Below are positions 1-13,597 of a stretch of DNA of 64,000 bases, piece by piece (the first letter of the stretch is position 1; each line of letters begins with the position of its first letter). The translations under genes and the position numbers were made by a program. The DNA is from Enoplolaimus lenunculus (lineage: Eukaryota). Under the pieces are notes generated by a model that saw only the letters and a list, made by a program, of their open reading frames with translations, did not search any database and was not told where the DNA came from. The stretch is from the NCBI GenBank assembly GCA_030248215.1, contig JASANG010003752.1, positions 434,001 through 498,000 of the forward strand, read 5' to 3'.

Positions 1-65
1 AAGCTTAAGCTTACACTTTTGTAGTCCCACAGAAAATCGTTCTGCCCCTGATCTTTATATGGGCC
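1..65 (+). mobile_element. 3' end of a TTAGGC-core MITE, truncated by the window start
   Basis: aagcttaagcttacact...gtcccacagaaaatcgttctgcccctgatctttatatgggcc matches the right half and TIR of the full copy at 20603-20805. Confidence 0.75.
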
Positions 66-1268
66 ACTAAGCTATACTTTAAACCAATTATTTAATTCAT
101 CGACTTAATAAAGGCCTCATGTAGGCCATTGTCATAATAAAACTGAGATATTTTTGCTTTATATTACGGAGGTACCATGAGTGTATGATCTTAATTAAGC
201 CAAGGCTAATATACCTAAACTGTTACTCTGTAATATATCAAATTTAGTCAAAAAAGTATTAACTTAACTTAAGTACGCTTTTAAAAACGAAAATAGTTAA
301 GTAATTACTTAGCACTTAAGTAGGGTATCAGAAACGCAGGCAATATCAGTTTACAAAGAATTTTATCTATTAACACCTTGGTCACAGTTTGGCAATATTT
401 TGCCACCAGGCGGAGTTACAGAGGTCAAACCTTTTTTAATAATTTTCATTCCGAAGTTTCAGGAGCTTTTTCAGTTGGCAACACAAAAACGATTTTGAAA
501 TTTTTATTAAACGCATTTGTTTTCAAAAATTATCGCTGTGATAATGCGGCTTTGTACAAAAATTAATTATATTAATTATGTAAGCCGTTGGAACTTTTCG
601 TGGTGTTTCTACACAAATAAAACGTCCAAAGTTGTATAACCAGAGGCAGAAATGCTTTGAGTACGATTGGGGCAATTTTGTTTCATTGACATTTAGGGCC
701 AGAGTTTAAACTACAATTTATCACACAACATTGGCATTTATCTAAACCACTTTCACCGCACAATTCTATCCGATATTTACAAGAGTGACTCTCTGGTTAA
801 TTTTAATTTATAGTAAATCAAAATTGTTCAAACCCAGAATAAAACTCAAATTTGAGAATAAGAGTTTTTTCTGGGTTGTGACTCCGTGTTTAATTGAAAT
901 TTATGAAAATTTTGGCACAGTAAAAACAGTTCACAGAAACTGAAGACTCGATCATTGAAAATTAAAATCGTATTTGAAATGTGAATAACTTTGAAACTTT
1001 GAAATTTAAAAATAACTTTGTAAAATTAGTCTCAACCATTAATTGGCAATAACTGCGAAAATGTTCAAAGGCGAAACGAAACAATATCGCGTTCAGTCGG
1101 TGTTCATTGTTGTTTCAAACAAAATTATGTATTGTCTTCAAGGTTGGACATATTCAATTGTTATATTCTATTCGAGCATCTAATGCTAATTAACTATATT
1201 TAACATGAGTAAATAATTTTCGTTCTCGTCTTATTTAAATATACGTCGAGACAACATCGTTGGTTTTA

Positions 1269-1639
1269 CACTTGCAAAAAATGGTGAGTCAAATTGACTC
1301 TCCCCGAAATAGGCTTCTCCGGACTACACAAACTGAGTCAAAATTGACTCTTAGCGAAATAGGCTTCGCAGAACTACACAAACTGAGTCAAAATTGACTC
1401 TCAGCGAAATAGGCTTCGCCGAACTACACAAACTGAGTCAAAATTGACTCTCCCCGAAATAGGCTTCTCCGGCCTACACAAATTGAGTCAAATTCAACTC
1501 CGCCTGAGTCAAATTTGACTCACTGAGCGACTCACTGAGTCGAATTTGACACTGGCGGAGCCGAATTTTGACTCAGTTTGTGTAGTCCGGAAGAGCCAAT
1601 TTCGGAGAGAGTCAATTTGACTCACCATTTTTTGCAGTG
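1269..1639. mobile_element. MITE with CAC(T)TGC termini and internal 50-bp tandem repeats (CACTA/Mirage/CMC-like)
   Basis: Left TIR CACTTGCAAAAAATGGTGAGTCAAATTGACTC and right TIR GAGTCAATTTGACTCACCATTTTTTGCAGTG, flanked by TA on both sides. About 4 copies of a 49-50-bp unit start at 1285, 1334, 1384 and 1434. A partial second copy lies at ~29681-29780. Superfamily assignment is inferred from the CAC termini. Confidence 0.8.
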
Positions 1640-4593
1640 TAAGTTTAGTTTGTATGAACGGATACTATTGAAAATATATCCAATTTTGGTATTCGAAAAA
1701 ATTTTAAGATATTAAAAATGTCAATCAAAGTATTAAAAATATTTTTGTTTCGTGTTGTCTTAAAATAACTTATCTCATTTCCGAGAAGATGCAGGGGTTT
1801 TACATGGTTCACAAGCAGGGTCTAAATATTTAGGGGAGCTAAAAGTTTTCGATGAGGGCTGAGCCGTCACATACATCATAGGCCCGATTCGGGTGCGGGC
1901 CTTTTTGCATAAAATGAATGTTTGTCGTCGAGTTGAAACACTCACTACGATCATTTGACGAACAAAACGAAATATTCCGACCATTTTGTGTTTAAACTCT
2001 GTGTAGAAATTTTGTAAAATTAGCATAATTGATTGACCCAATTTTTTCCGTCCATTACGTAGAAACAACACATTCATGTGTTATTCCCGATATTTTAAAA
2101 GAAATACGTATGTCTGCCAACCGGGCACGAAGCCGAAAGTGACAGTGGGTCCAGCCCCCGATGGAAAAAATTTGCCTCTCTACAATTATTTCAACCTTGC
2201 TTGTAAGTTAACGAAAACCCTTGTATGCCTCTCCTAAAACTCGCAGCATACCATCGACGCATAGAAATTGCAATGGTTGTGTTCTTGACAAGAGATAAAA
2301 AACAAAACTTTCTGCAAAGATTTAGTTCTGAAACTGTTTTTGGTGTCTAGCTTGCTTCGCTCACGAGTTTTTGTGCTATTATATATCGCGCTACCAACCG
2401 CGTCACAAATTGCTGAATCCACCACTGTATGGCGTTACTTGCTTACTTGATCCAAGCGCATGCAATGACATATGTATTATCGTTTCGCGTTTAACCTGAT
2501 GCATTACAGGCAACATCAGTATTATACTGTAAGTCGGACAGGTAGGCGGCTGTACATCTTACTGTAGTCCAAATTAATTTTCAGGGGGCACGTGAAGGTT
2601 TTTTTATAATTTATACGCGGGGGCAAAACAATTCCGGACAGGGGTAAAATATTTCGCCCGTTCCCTGCGCTGTGACCTAGCTACAGGCTTGTGTAACCGA
2701 ATACTAATGTCAGAACGAGATAAATCAAAATTAAATAACACTGTAATTTAAAACTACGGCACTTTTATGGTGAAAATATATTGCAAAAAACGCAGTAAAA
2801 ATAACTAAAATCCTCATGAATATTAATAAAACGAAAACCATTCCACGCGTTGTTCGTGACATGCACGAAACAGCAATAATGCGATAACTGCAAATCAAAT
2901 TAGTGCAATTTACACCAAAAACTAATAACAAAATTAGGCGCAGTATTAGTAAATCAGGCAAATCCGACGCTCGTAACCAGAAATTCAATATGGTAGTAGT
3001 GTATGGTATGCCGCTTACATCTGAGTTTTGTGATGAAATTCGGTATTATCATGTCGTGTTGAATATTTTGGATCAGGTGGGGCTAAAGTCCTCAGACCCG
3101 TTCTATGGATTCGCGCATGGGCAAGAGCCTATTTAAACGTTAGCCATGTGCTCAAACACTGCAACGATGAATTACTAAACAAGTCGTGCAGGCACTAAAA
3201 TAAGCACTAAAAGCTAAAACTATAGGTTTTATTTATGTAGCAGCTATAGTCTGCGGCCAATGATACTTTAAAGCGGCGTAAGAGTAGTATAAGCACGTTC
3301 CTAAGTGTAGTACTCAGAGTAATGATGAGCCTATAAGTATGGGTTAACAAACGCCTGGAACCGTAAGCAAAAAATTCGCTACTGGAGTTCCACGGAAACA
3401 CGGTACGCCCGTCAAAGCTACATCTCATGTCTTTGCTAAAATAAACACTAAACTCTGTAGTTGCATTCATTTGAAAATTTTTGACATAAGGCAGCGAGTA
3501 ACAGAAGTTTTGCGGCAACGTGATGTTTTAATTTTTAAGAAAAACAACATTTTAAGATATGATATTCAAGCAAAATAATTTTAAACCCCAAAACATGAAC
3601 AAAACATTGTCGAATGACTTGAAATAAGCCCTTAATATTTGAAGCAGCACCCCCGTGATAGGTATATGTAAAACGAATTTACTTGAGAAGTCAAACAAAA
3701 GGGGTGGATCCGTGGGGGGGTTGATTGGGTGCCGTGAACACACATTCGTATTAAGCAAAAAGAATTTTGTTAAATATAAAACGAAATATGCTTTGATGAC
3801 TCGAACAGCGTCGGTCAAGCATATACGTCAAAGTATCACTTCAGTCTCGTGGATCCAAACCTGTGAACCCCCATAACATCTTCCAGATCTACCAATTAGC
3901 GCCGGTTCAGGCTTGGGTGAGGCTCCCAAAATTCCGGCGTGGGAACCCTTGAAACGATCAAACTATTATTCAAATTTTCTGTTTAAAATCTGGTTAGGGT
4001 ACGAGCCCCTGTTTGGGGTAGGGCCGCGGCCCCAAGTGGCTGTATGGGGGGTGGACGCTGCTAAAGCCCTGCTACGAATGGAGCGTCAAAATTAAAAAGC
4101 ATACTTAGTGGTTACAAATACTTGTATTATTTATTCTTAATTTCATTCATCGCAGCGTATCACACGCTTTTTGACGTATATATCATGCACGAATGAACAA
4201 ATTAAAGTGTGGGCACGTTGCATTATGCTCATTCCGCAATATCATGCGTACACCATGTGATATTTGAGGGTGTAGTGTGACGCATGGTATTGTGGAAGTT
4301 GCTTTAGACACCTTTTGAAACATAGTTATAAATTCTGAAAATCTTCGACAAAATGTTTTCGGAAACCAAAAAGGATTTTTGGCTACTTAAAATCATATAA
4401 ACATTCAGATATCAGTGCAAAATAATCAGCAAACTTTCGAAAGAAACTGAAACCCACAACAAATTTTAGAATCGAACCAATTTTGGGCAAACGCCGATAG
4501 GGGACAACCGAAGACCCCCAATGAAATACATTGATTTTAATACAAAGAAACTAAAGCATTAAGTGAATTCACACGTATATTATTTAGACTTAC

Positions 4594-7500
4594 CGCGTGC
4601 CAATGTTCTCTTCCGATCCGTGAATACGTTCCTAAATAGTAAAATAATATTATGTAACGCTATTAACTGCCTCATTTCCGTCATATTGAGTAGGCAAAGC
4701 TAAAATTGGATGTAAAAGTTGATTGCTTTTAGTTTTGAAATTTTTACCTCAAAAGTATTAAGCTTACCTTTTTCGGCAGATTGAATGTGAAAACTGTATA
4801 TCCTTCATTAAACTTTTTCGGGTCCACGGCTTGCTATTTCAATTTAAAGCAAGCCAGCTGAGAAGGTAAAGGTTCACGCCAGTCTTGTAGTAAAATGTAC
4901 TTGCATGTGTGGACTGGACATATATACTATTCGTCTAGATATTATATATAATATACCTGCAAATTAAGCCAAACATTTTCTACAAGAAAGTCAAAAATAG
5001 GATTTAAAAAATCCTGGGGGTGGGGGATGACCGGATTAAAACCGGTGGGTGGGGGATGACAGGAGCAAAACGGGGGGTGGGGATGACCGGAATAAAACCG
5101 GGGGGTGGGGGATGACCGGATTAAAACCAGGGGGTGGGGGATGACCGGATTAAAACCGGGGGTGGGGGATGACCAGATTAAAACCGGGGGAGGATGACCG
5201 GATTAAAACCGGGGGGTGCTATTCCTCAGGATCAAAATTGTGACCTCCAATTTTCTAACTAAACATCGTAAAAAGAAACTTGTACTCTAGACTGCTATGC
5301 TTGAATCCGGAACAAATGCGACTTGGCCGGATATTGAACATTTCAAAAATGTCAATAATTCTGAACCAGGTACCCGAGAAACAAAGTACTTTTAGAAGAG
5401 ATAGCCTCCCTCCAGGCCGCCTCAAAAATCATTCAAATTCAGTTAATTGTTTTGTTGTGTACCAAAAAAACTTTCGTGGGACAGATGAAGCCAGTTTGGT
5501 TTATGACGTCCATAGGGCGGCTTAATAAATGGCTCGTGTAGCGAAGTGGCTTGAGTCCGCTAACTTACTCGATTCGATACGGTACGATACAAATCTAATT
5601 CGAATGATTTGTTTCCCAGTTGGTTTCCGTTTGAAACACCATTGCTGGAGTCATCGTATAACGTTGGCCAACTATGTAGCAACGACTGTTCTGAAGCTTG
5701 CTCCAAACGTTGTGATGGCAAGTCGAAATTAAGCCGATTCTCTGGATACAAAGATGCAATGTAGCTCGTTTTGCGACCATCATTATCAATGGTATTCTGG
5801 TATTGCGCTAGAGCATCAGTTTCTACCTTTCTGAAAGACAGCTTGTACTTGCTATCGCCATCCAAATGATCGTTGACTTGAATTTCGTCAAAATTTAACC
5901 GTTCCAACGTAGCTGAAGAGTTTTGCTTCGAGTCGCTCCGCCAAGGATGGCTGTTTCCCAATTTAGCTTCAAATTCTAAATCGTCCAAATTGGTCGTTGC
6001 AATATTTCCTCTTTGTCGTGATGTATTCCAATCACAAACAGCAACGGTGTCTTCGTTACTTGCTTTGTGGCCACTATCGTCTAAGATCTTGTTGTCGTGA
6101 TGTACGCCATCGCCAGAGTCAACATCGGTAACAACAAGAGTCGCAAAGAATTCGCCTGAATCTGTCGTCGTGGTGCCGGTTCCTACAGCGTTTGATTGCT
6201 TCAGTGGTCGTCCTGGTGTTCGACGAGTAAGCGTTCCTCCGCTGGAGATGTAGTTGACTGATGACTGTCCCGGAAGCCAGTCAAGAAAGCGGTCGTTACC
6301 ATTTCTACAAAATCCAATGATTAAAAATTCATACATTTCTAGACACGTAAACTTTCATATCGATTAGATGTGGAGTGAAGATTGTTGAAGATTGCGTAGC
6401 CAAAGGATGACAGGCAGCCAGTGACCCAGTCCAATTTGACATTTTTTCTATTAATGACTAAACGTTGGTTTTAGACTTCAAACATAATTATATATCACTT
6501 AAGTGATGGCTTTGTCAAAAGAAACATTCCGTCCGCACCCGTTAAACTGATGCTAGCAAAAAAGTGTAATTCAAAACGATATCACCAGATTACAAGTGAT
6601 TCAGTCTCAACAGCTGAAAATTGCCAGTTTTTAGCGTAAAAATTGGCTAAAGTTGATTGAATTACTGAATTCTAATGATCACAAATCTAAAACCATTTTG
6701 CTTAACATCGCAGTGTTAACTAATGTAACATTAAACTAACAGGGGCATGGCGGTAACTCTAGCGCATACGCCTAAACCCTAAGCGGCAGTTTAAGGATAA
6801 CTCTAATACTAAACCTAAACCTAAACCTAAACCTATGCAATAAATTTAGTTTAAAACCTAAGCCTGGTTTATTTTACAGACCTGCTAGAAAACAGGTCGC
6901 AAATGAATGCAACACAGTATCATAATAGCGATATCAGTAAACAACAAACATTTACTTCGAGCAGGTCAAATCGCTGGTAATTGAAATTGACTCCAAATTC
7001 CCGTTGATGTCTCCATAGAGATCAGTGTTTCGACCGTCTTCGAAAACGGAATTTTCACCGGGTGGATTGAAAATATCGAGCCATTGCGGTACACGCTGCG
7101 TCGGCAACTGTGGCTCATGGTTCGTTTTGGACCGTGTTGATTTGCGAGAACTGCCGCCGTTTGAAAATTCGGAAGACTAAAAGCAATTAATTGCATTAAA
7201 ATTCAACCGAGACAAAGCATAGAAACTAACACAACCGGCATTTGTACAGTTTCTGCGCCACAATTTCCGAATTGTTTCAGATATTAATATTACAACTAAG
7301 GTTCATATTTTCAAATTTATATAGCAAATATCATCAGTTAGTAATAGGTTTTCAAACTAGCCTGGTACAGAAGTAGAGCTAATCATATGCGAAAAATGTG
7401 CTGAATTTGGACCTTCAGAAATCGCTGGTTCGAAAGTTACAATACCTATCACACTGGTGATAGTTGCTACACACATTTAAAGAATACTTGCCGTAAAGTG

Positions 7501-9726
7501 TAACGAGTGCTGGTATAGTTTTCATTAGGCAAAATTGCGCAGTTGCACCCTTTTGTTACCAGCGAACATCCACCCTTGGTATATTTTAGGGGCTTATGTT
7601 TAGTATTAGGATTGTAGCATGAGAAGTGTACAAGTACCGAACAAATTCTGGTAAAAAATGTCCACAAAACCAGACAACGCATCCCGTTTGTCTTAATTGT
7701 TATTCTTGAATAGGTAAAAATAGAAAAAAATAGTATCGAAAATACTTAATGCAAACACAAAAACGAAATAATACACACAATACATGGGTGTGGAAACAAA
7801 ATGCAAGCATTCTGAAGTGTAAGATGCAGTATCAAATTGAGTATCCGAGTCTTATATTTAGCGGAAAGCCTACATTTAACCGATCAAGCAAACTGATCAG
7901 TAATTGGTCGACCAATCAAGCAAACCGATCAGTGATCGGTCGACCAATCAAGCAAACCGATCAGTGATTGATCGAACACGAACGAACTTACTAAACAGCG
8001 TTGGTATTCGTGTGACAGGGGCAGGTCCTAGGAACACGAACCAATGGGGCAAACGTATTCCTATCTCAATGCCATCCTTGTTGTGCTGAAACTTTTGCGA
8101 TGCAGATTGTTCATACAAAGCTTACAATAAATTTTTGAATATTTGAAAATATAACGCGAAAATTGTAGGTACGCCGTCGCTGCTGTTCACAGGTGCATTT
8201 GAACGAATCATACACATAAACAGTACACGTCCCTGTAGTCAGCTCACCTTGCTTGGAGGGGCTAAAAAGTTTTAAACAGAGGCGGGCCAGTGGTTTTCGT
8301 TGCCTTACAGACAAGGTTAAAAAGTTTGTAGGGGTGTCAAAATTCTTCCAGAGGGGCTGAGTACATATGGCCCCCCTTGGCTACGGAATAGAAACAGTTA
8401 GCGTTTAGGCTTGAACAGGGCTGGACTGGCACTAAAATTTGATATAAATTTACACACCGCAAATTATTTAGAACAATAATTACAATAGCAAGATTTTTTC
8501 AATTTATTGAGTGGCCTAAATTCTAACCAAACCAACGGGCATTTGTTCGGAAGGACAGATAGCCAGTCCAGTCCCGTAGTCACCTCATTTTTCTGAGGGG
8601 GAGGGGCTAAAAATTTTTCAGAAAAATTATACAAGGGTTTTCAGTCAAGCGCAAAGTTAAAATTTTCTAGAGGGGTAAAATTTTTCCGCCCCTACCCTTG
8701 GCTGCGAGCCAGTATCCAGTCCAGTCCTGGTTTGCAATCAGCAGGGTTTCAACGGAATTCCGATTCCGGTTAAAAGTTCGAAAAAATTCAGGTTCCGATT
8801 CCATTCCGACTGGCTTCTATTCTGATGCCGGAATTCCGATTGTTCGGTTATGAGTTTTTAAGCTGATTGAACTTAAATTCTGCTTGTTTTTTCGTTTGTT
8901 TGCAAATCTGTTTGTTTTTGTTAGTAAGTATTGTCAAAATGTGACTGCAATTGAAAACTTTAAGCTCTACCTTTAAACGAATAATAAAATCTAAATTTAA
9001 AATTCTACTTCATAGCGGCAAGCAGTGATGTTAGCCCCAATAGTTCTCAAATATAGCTCGATATTTGGTTCATCTACTTCATAGCGGCAAGCAGTGATGT
9101 TAGCCCCAATAGTTCTCAAATATAGCTCGATATTTGGTTCAACAGTATCCTTGCTGTAGTGAACACGACGCTCCATTGAATTGGTTAATATTCAAAATTT
9201 TGGGTCCTGTTATTTATGATCTCATAACACTTCATATTTAAAGTTTTGAAATGTTCAAAATGCTTAACTGCATTTAAACTTAAGGCCAAGTTGTTCCTGT
9301 GCTTTGAGAATTGACAGGCTGCTCTTAGATTTGGCAGGCCTTCATTAATATCATAATTTTACAGGTTACTAGATAGCTAAAACCGTCAGCTATACAAACA
9401 ATTTTTATTGAAACTGTAAACAATACAGACAAACATACTGCAACAAAAAGCCAAAAGTCATACACTTTAGGTTTTGATATAATTACTAAAACTTAAATTC
9501 CTATTCCCGATTGCGGTTCCGACAAAAAAATTTAATTCCGATTCCGACAAAAAAATTTAATTCCAATTCCGATTCCGTTTCCGACAAAATTTACTTCCGA
9601 TTCGAACAGTGGAAAATCAGTGAACAAAACCAGAAAATTATTCACCTTACGATACGAGTTACGAGCAACACTTGAGCGATACTGTCTCGACGGTCCACGA
9701 CGGTTAAAACTCAACCTTTTGCTCAT
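4594..9726 (-). CDS. Unrecognised multi-exon Ser/Asn/Asp-rich protein (partial model)
   Basis: Phase-compatible GT-AG exons: 9646-9726 (MSKRLSF...NSYRK), 6956-7176 (SSEFSNGG...DLTCS), 5569-6304 (KNGNDRFLDW...VSNR, the core of the 258-aa ORF), 4768-4833 (QAVDPKKF...LPKK) and 4594-4631 (ERIHGSEENIGT). Donors are GTGAAT, GTAAAT, GTAAGT, GTAAGC and GTAAGT. The true start and 3' exons are unresolved, and no domain was recognised. Confidence 0.65.
5016..5217 (+). repeat. G-rich minisatellite, ~28-29-bp unit x ~7
   Basis: Unit GGGGGTGGGGGATGACCGGATTAAAACC is repeated head to tail inside an intron of the gene above. Confidence 0.9.
7879..7975. repeat. 31-bp palindromic tandem repeat x3
   Basis: accaatcaagcaaaccgatcagtgatcggtcg occurs three times, with an internal ACCGATCA-G-TGATCGGT palindrome. 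Confidence 0.85.
8416..8729. mobile_element. hAT-like MITE (CAGGGCTGGACTGG TIR) with a second MITE nested in its right TIR
   Basis: Outer TIRs are cagggctggactggc and ccagtccagtcctg. The inner copy (~8569-8712) belongs to the 'gtagccagctcaccttgctaggg' family and is flanked by a near-duplication tagccagt/tatccagt. Confidence 0.65.
9004..9141. repeat. Perfect 69-bp tandem duplication
   Basis: tctacttcatagcggcaagc...gatatttggttca occurs at 9004 and again at 9073. Confidence 0.9.
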
Positions 9727-11890
9727 TTCGTATTAAGCGTAAACAAACGTTTAACGGTGCGACTATTTGATATCTTTCACGCAGAAGCGTAGACTGCTTA
9801 ACATATAAAACAAAAACTTGACCACAGTCATATTTTCTGGCACTATTTTGGTTCAACGGTTCCGTTAAATTTAAAATTGACAAGTGACTGCTACCGATTG
9901 TCCTGGTCGAGGTCAACTTGGCAAATTTTGGTTAAAGTCCGGTTTATCGCGATAAATGTAACTGCAAGCGAGAAATAATTAATAGTCCGTTTAGGTAAAC
10001 CAGGTCATGATTCTCAATCAATATTCGGTGTCAACTACAGATCGTATTCAAAAACAGGACTGAAGAAGATTTAGTCCGTCTTGATATTTCTGGAGAAACA
10101 AGAAAAAAAGCACTTTTAGTAGACTTTAGAGTACTTTACCTTATGCATCCTTGAGGTCAAAAAGTTCGTAAGGCACCAGCGACTAACCCGAAGTGGGAGC
10201 TCAACTCGGGTTTAATACGTCAGTTTTTAGAAACTTGTTTACTCGTCAGCTTTCGAAAATATTAAGCTGGCTTGGTGTATGCGAATGGTGCAAAAACAAC
10301 GACGTGCAGTGCCGGGTGAGACAGCGGTAGGAGCTCCACCCAAACTCCAGGGTGGGGGCTCCGACTCTCGCAAGCGAGAAGCCAGACGCATTTTAAAACT
10401 TCGTAAGTTTTTGTTCCAGCCGGTTAGGGTGGGGCAAAGGCATCCCTACTGGGCCATTAGGAAACCGCCCCCCACAAATTTGGTTGGTACCCACAAATAA
10501 ACTTGGTCTAAAAGTAAACTATCTTGGATTGCAATGGTAGTGGCCCCCAGAATTATTCGGCGCCACCCAAATATAATTTTCTGCGAACGCCCGTGGGTCG
10601 AGTGGCCCCTGGGGGTATGGGAGCGCGGCTGCTCTGGCGCTGACTACGTGACACAAATGTTAAGCTAACGTGGCTCAACACGTAGACCAATTAAAACTGG
10701 GGGAAAGGATGACGTGTCACTTAACAGCCACAGCATCTATTAGTTTTGGAACGATTTTAGGACTGCAAAAACCCGCAAATTTTAACACCGGGACAGTTGA
10801 CTATTTCTTGTTTATTATTCAATCACTTAACGCCCTTTAATATTTATCTGGTTTTGTTAATTATTGTTCATTTTTTGTTATATTCTGGCACCGATTTTGC
10901 GGCGTGTTTTCTAAATCTTGTGTTGAAGTCATTACGAGTTTTTCAAATACCCACCCAAACTGAAATTCTAGCTTTGTTTTTTCAGTGATATTGTAAATTT
11001 TGCCCAAAGTGAACGGTTTGAAAGTATACTTAAAAAATTTTTGTAGGTATTTGCAGCGGTGAAATCAGAAATTTCTGACGGAAAGACCGGGGCTGGCAAA
11101 TGATACGAAGCACAATTGTTACTGTATGCTGTATATGTACCAATTTTACTGAAGACGAAAAATTGTAAGGTAGGAGGGACTTTTATGATTTATCGTGAAA
11201 AAATTTTATGTTTGAAAAATTGTAAGCTAGGGACCTCACCATTTTGTCTCAACAAAACTTCGGATAGGTGGCGCATCCCTCCCACTCCACTCTGGATCCG
11301 ATAGTAGATGTTTGCCAGATTGCTTTATACACATTGCATAGCGTATGAGGTTTGAGTTCAGCATCGAATGACTTATGACGCACTGACAATTCTTTTGAAC
11401 AGAACGCTTTAATGTCTATATATGTGCAAAAATTGATTTCTGATATAAGCAAATAACACTTTGGCATTGGCCAAATGGCAACTTTTGAAATTAAGCTGAG
11501 CAACAGTGATGTAAAAACCAACGCTAATTGGTTATCGGTCAGTGGCGTATGCGTATTTACTATTTTTCGTTGATGGAGGATTGGTTTTGAGTTGTGAAAT
11601 TCTAAAGTTTTGAAACCCGTTTTGGGCAAATTTAAAATATTCACAAGTGTTACAAATTAGCATGTTTGCCATCACACTTTAATCTTCCGAAAGATCTTAT
11701 ATATACAAACCAGCAAACCATCTTTCTTCAACGAAAGGTACGGCATAAACAACAAACAAACCAGCCAAACACAACGCAGTCTACACAGCATGCAAAACAT
11801 ATGATGATAAGAAACAATATTTATATATATATAAGCAGCTAACGCTTTATAGTTTAAATTCCTAAATTGTAAAACTAAACGCCAAAAATA

Positions 11891-12055
11891 CAGGCCGGTA
11901 GACAGCTCACATTGCTAGGGGGTTAAAAAATTTTTCGAAAGCGGCATACAATGATATTCAATGACCTATATGCAAGGTTGAAAATTATCTAGGGGAGATG
12001 TCGAAAATTCTTCCAGGAGGGGCAGATTACCCTGCTCCCCCCGACTAAGGTCCTG
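11891..12055. mobile_element. hAT-like MITE, ~165-bp family ('cagg..cgtagccagctcaccttgctaggg')
   Basis: CAGG...CCTG termini with a degenerate 8-bp TSD caaaaata/caataatg. Related copies at ~8228-8387, 8569-8712, 13429-13597 and 22520-22684, and degraded ones at ~2120-2240 and 22066-22196. Confidence 0.7.
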
Positions 12056-12564
12056 CAATAATGGCTTTAAAATCTTGACTTGTAAATGCAAAAATCAATA
12101 AAGAGCATTCTACGAGCTGTGTAAAGCGTAGCGCGACATTTATGAACAGGGGAACACGGTGAATCCGGTTCCGGTAAAGTTTTTGTCCGAACTTCCGGTA
12201 ATGTCCGTAATGGAATTTTTGGAATTTCTGTTGTTGTGCGATATTTTGAGTTTGTTTGAGACAAATCTGGAAGGTTTGACTGTCGATATTGCTCAAAAAA
12301 TACAGAACCAATTAATAAACACCATGTAGTTTATTGTTAGAACTAGCAAATTCAACATCAACATAATTCTTCTAAATTTTTCTTCATTTAAGGCTCCTGA
12401 AAAACTCGCTAACCTCCTCCAGATCCAATGATTTTTAGTTATGGTCCAATCATCGGGCTATCAAATATTTCAAATCTGAACTATGACGTATGTTTTAGAG
12501 AATCCTATATTACTTTATCAAACAGCAGTTTACGGTTTATTCTGCATACCGCCGCTAAAAATAT

Positions 12565-12730
12565 AACAGGGCCGTAATTGTAGTATAAACATATTGCTAA
12601 GTCTAAGCGAAAGAATGCGCACACACTTAAACCTAAGCCGAAGACTGATCAAAAAATTACTCATAGCTTAAGCTTATTGCATTGCAATTCTGCTGAAAAA
12701 CGTTCCGCCGCTGATCTTTACATTGGGCCC
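12565..12730 (+). mobile_element. TTAGGC-core MITE copy
   Basis: acagggccgta...agtataaacatattgctaagtctaagcg...gaaaaacgttccgccgctgatctttacattgggcc. Confidence 0.75.
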
Positions 12731-13428
12731 AACCGCTATTAGGAGTTAGGGCTGCGTCATTTCAATATTTAAAAATACAGTTGTCATACTAATGATTCAC
12801 AAAGATTTTTTTGTGAAATTTTAAAGCAGTTTGTTCGCTTAAATGTAAAATATTAAAACTGCACAGCTGATACAACAAAATAGCGTTGTCTTTTAGGTTT
12901 TTCGTACAATGATACTTGTTATAATCCGCAAACAAGCGAACATAACACCAGTGCGTAAAAATGACAGCTGCTTATAACATAAGCAATGACAAAAATTGAA
13001 CCAAAAGTCAGCTTCTTTCACCAGTACAAGTCGATTAGGCACCGTGTCCCAACGTTAACCAAGTTTAGGGTCAGAGTTGTTAAATGGAAGTTCTTACTGT
13101 AGTGATTCAAATGAGACAAGGAGGATGTGGTAAAAGAGTCCCGGGGGTCCCTATTCTGAGTCTAAATCAATTGCAACCTATTTACGTAATTGGAGTCCAT
13201 AAATGGATACAGTCCAAAAGTACTAATAAGTCCATAATTGTCAATTACCCTAAATTGCGTAACTGCTTCCTATTCCTGGATCAAAATTAAGTTTGGTGTA
13301 GAATATAAGTTATTACTCAAAGAATAATGTTACCTCTATTTATAGGAGTATATTCACGTCATCAAAGTATATTGAAAAAGTAATGGACTTAGACGGTAAA
13401 AATAGTTGGCATAAGTTGAACGTGTACG

Positions 13429-13597
13429 CGGGCCCGTATCCAAGGGGGGAACGAGGGGGGCTCAGCCCCTTTTGAAAAATTTTAGCCCCCTAGAAGATTT
13501 TCGACCTTGCTTGTAAATCACATTGAAACCCTTTAAATGCCCCTCCTGAAAATTTTTTAGCCCCCCTCCCTAGCAAGGTGAGCTGGCTACGAGCCTG
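13429..13597. mobile_element. hAT-like MITE (same family as 11891-12055, opposite orientation)
   Basis: TIRs cgggcccgtatcca and tggctacgagcctg; degenerate 8-bp TSD cgtgtacg/cgcgtccg. Confidence 0.75.

Noticed and set aside
1285..1500. Regular palindromic repeats resembling a CRISPR array
   Set aside because: The inter-palindrome sequences are near-identical rather than unique spacers, the array sits within TIRs, the context is eukaryotic and no cas genes are present.
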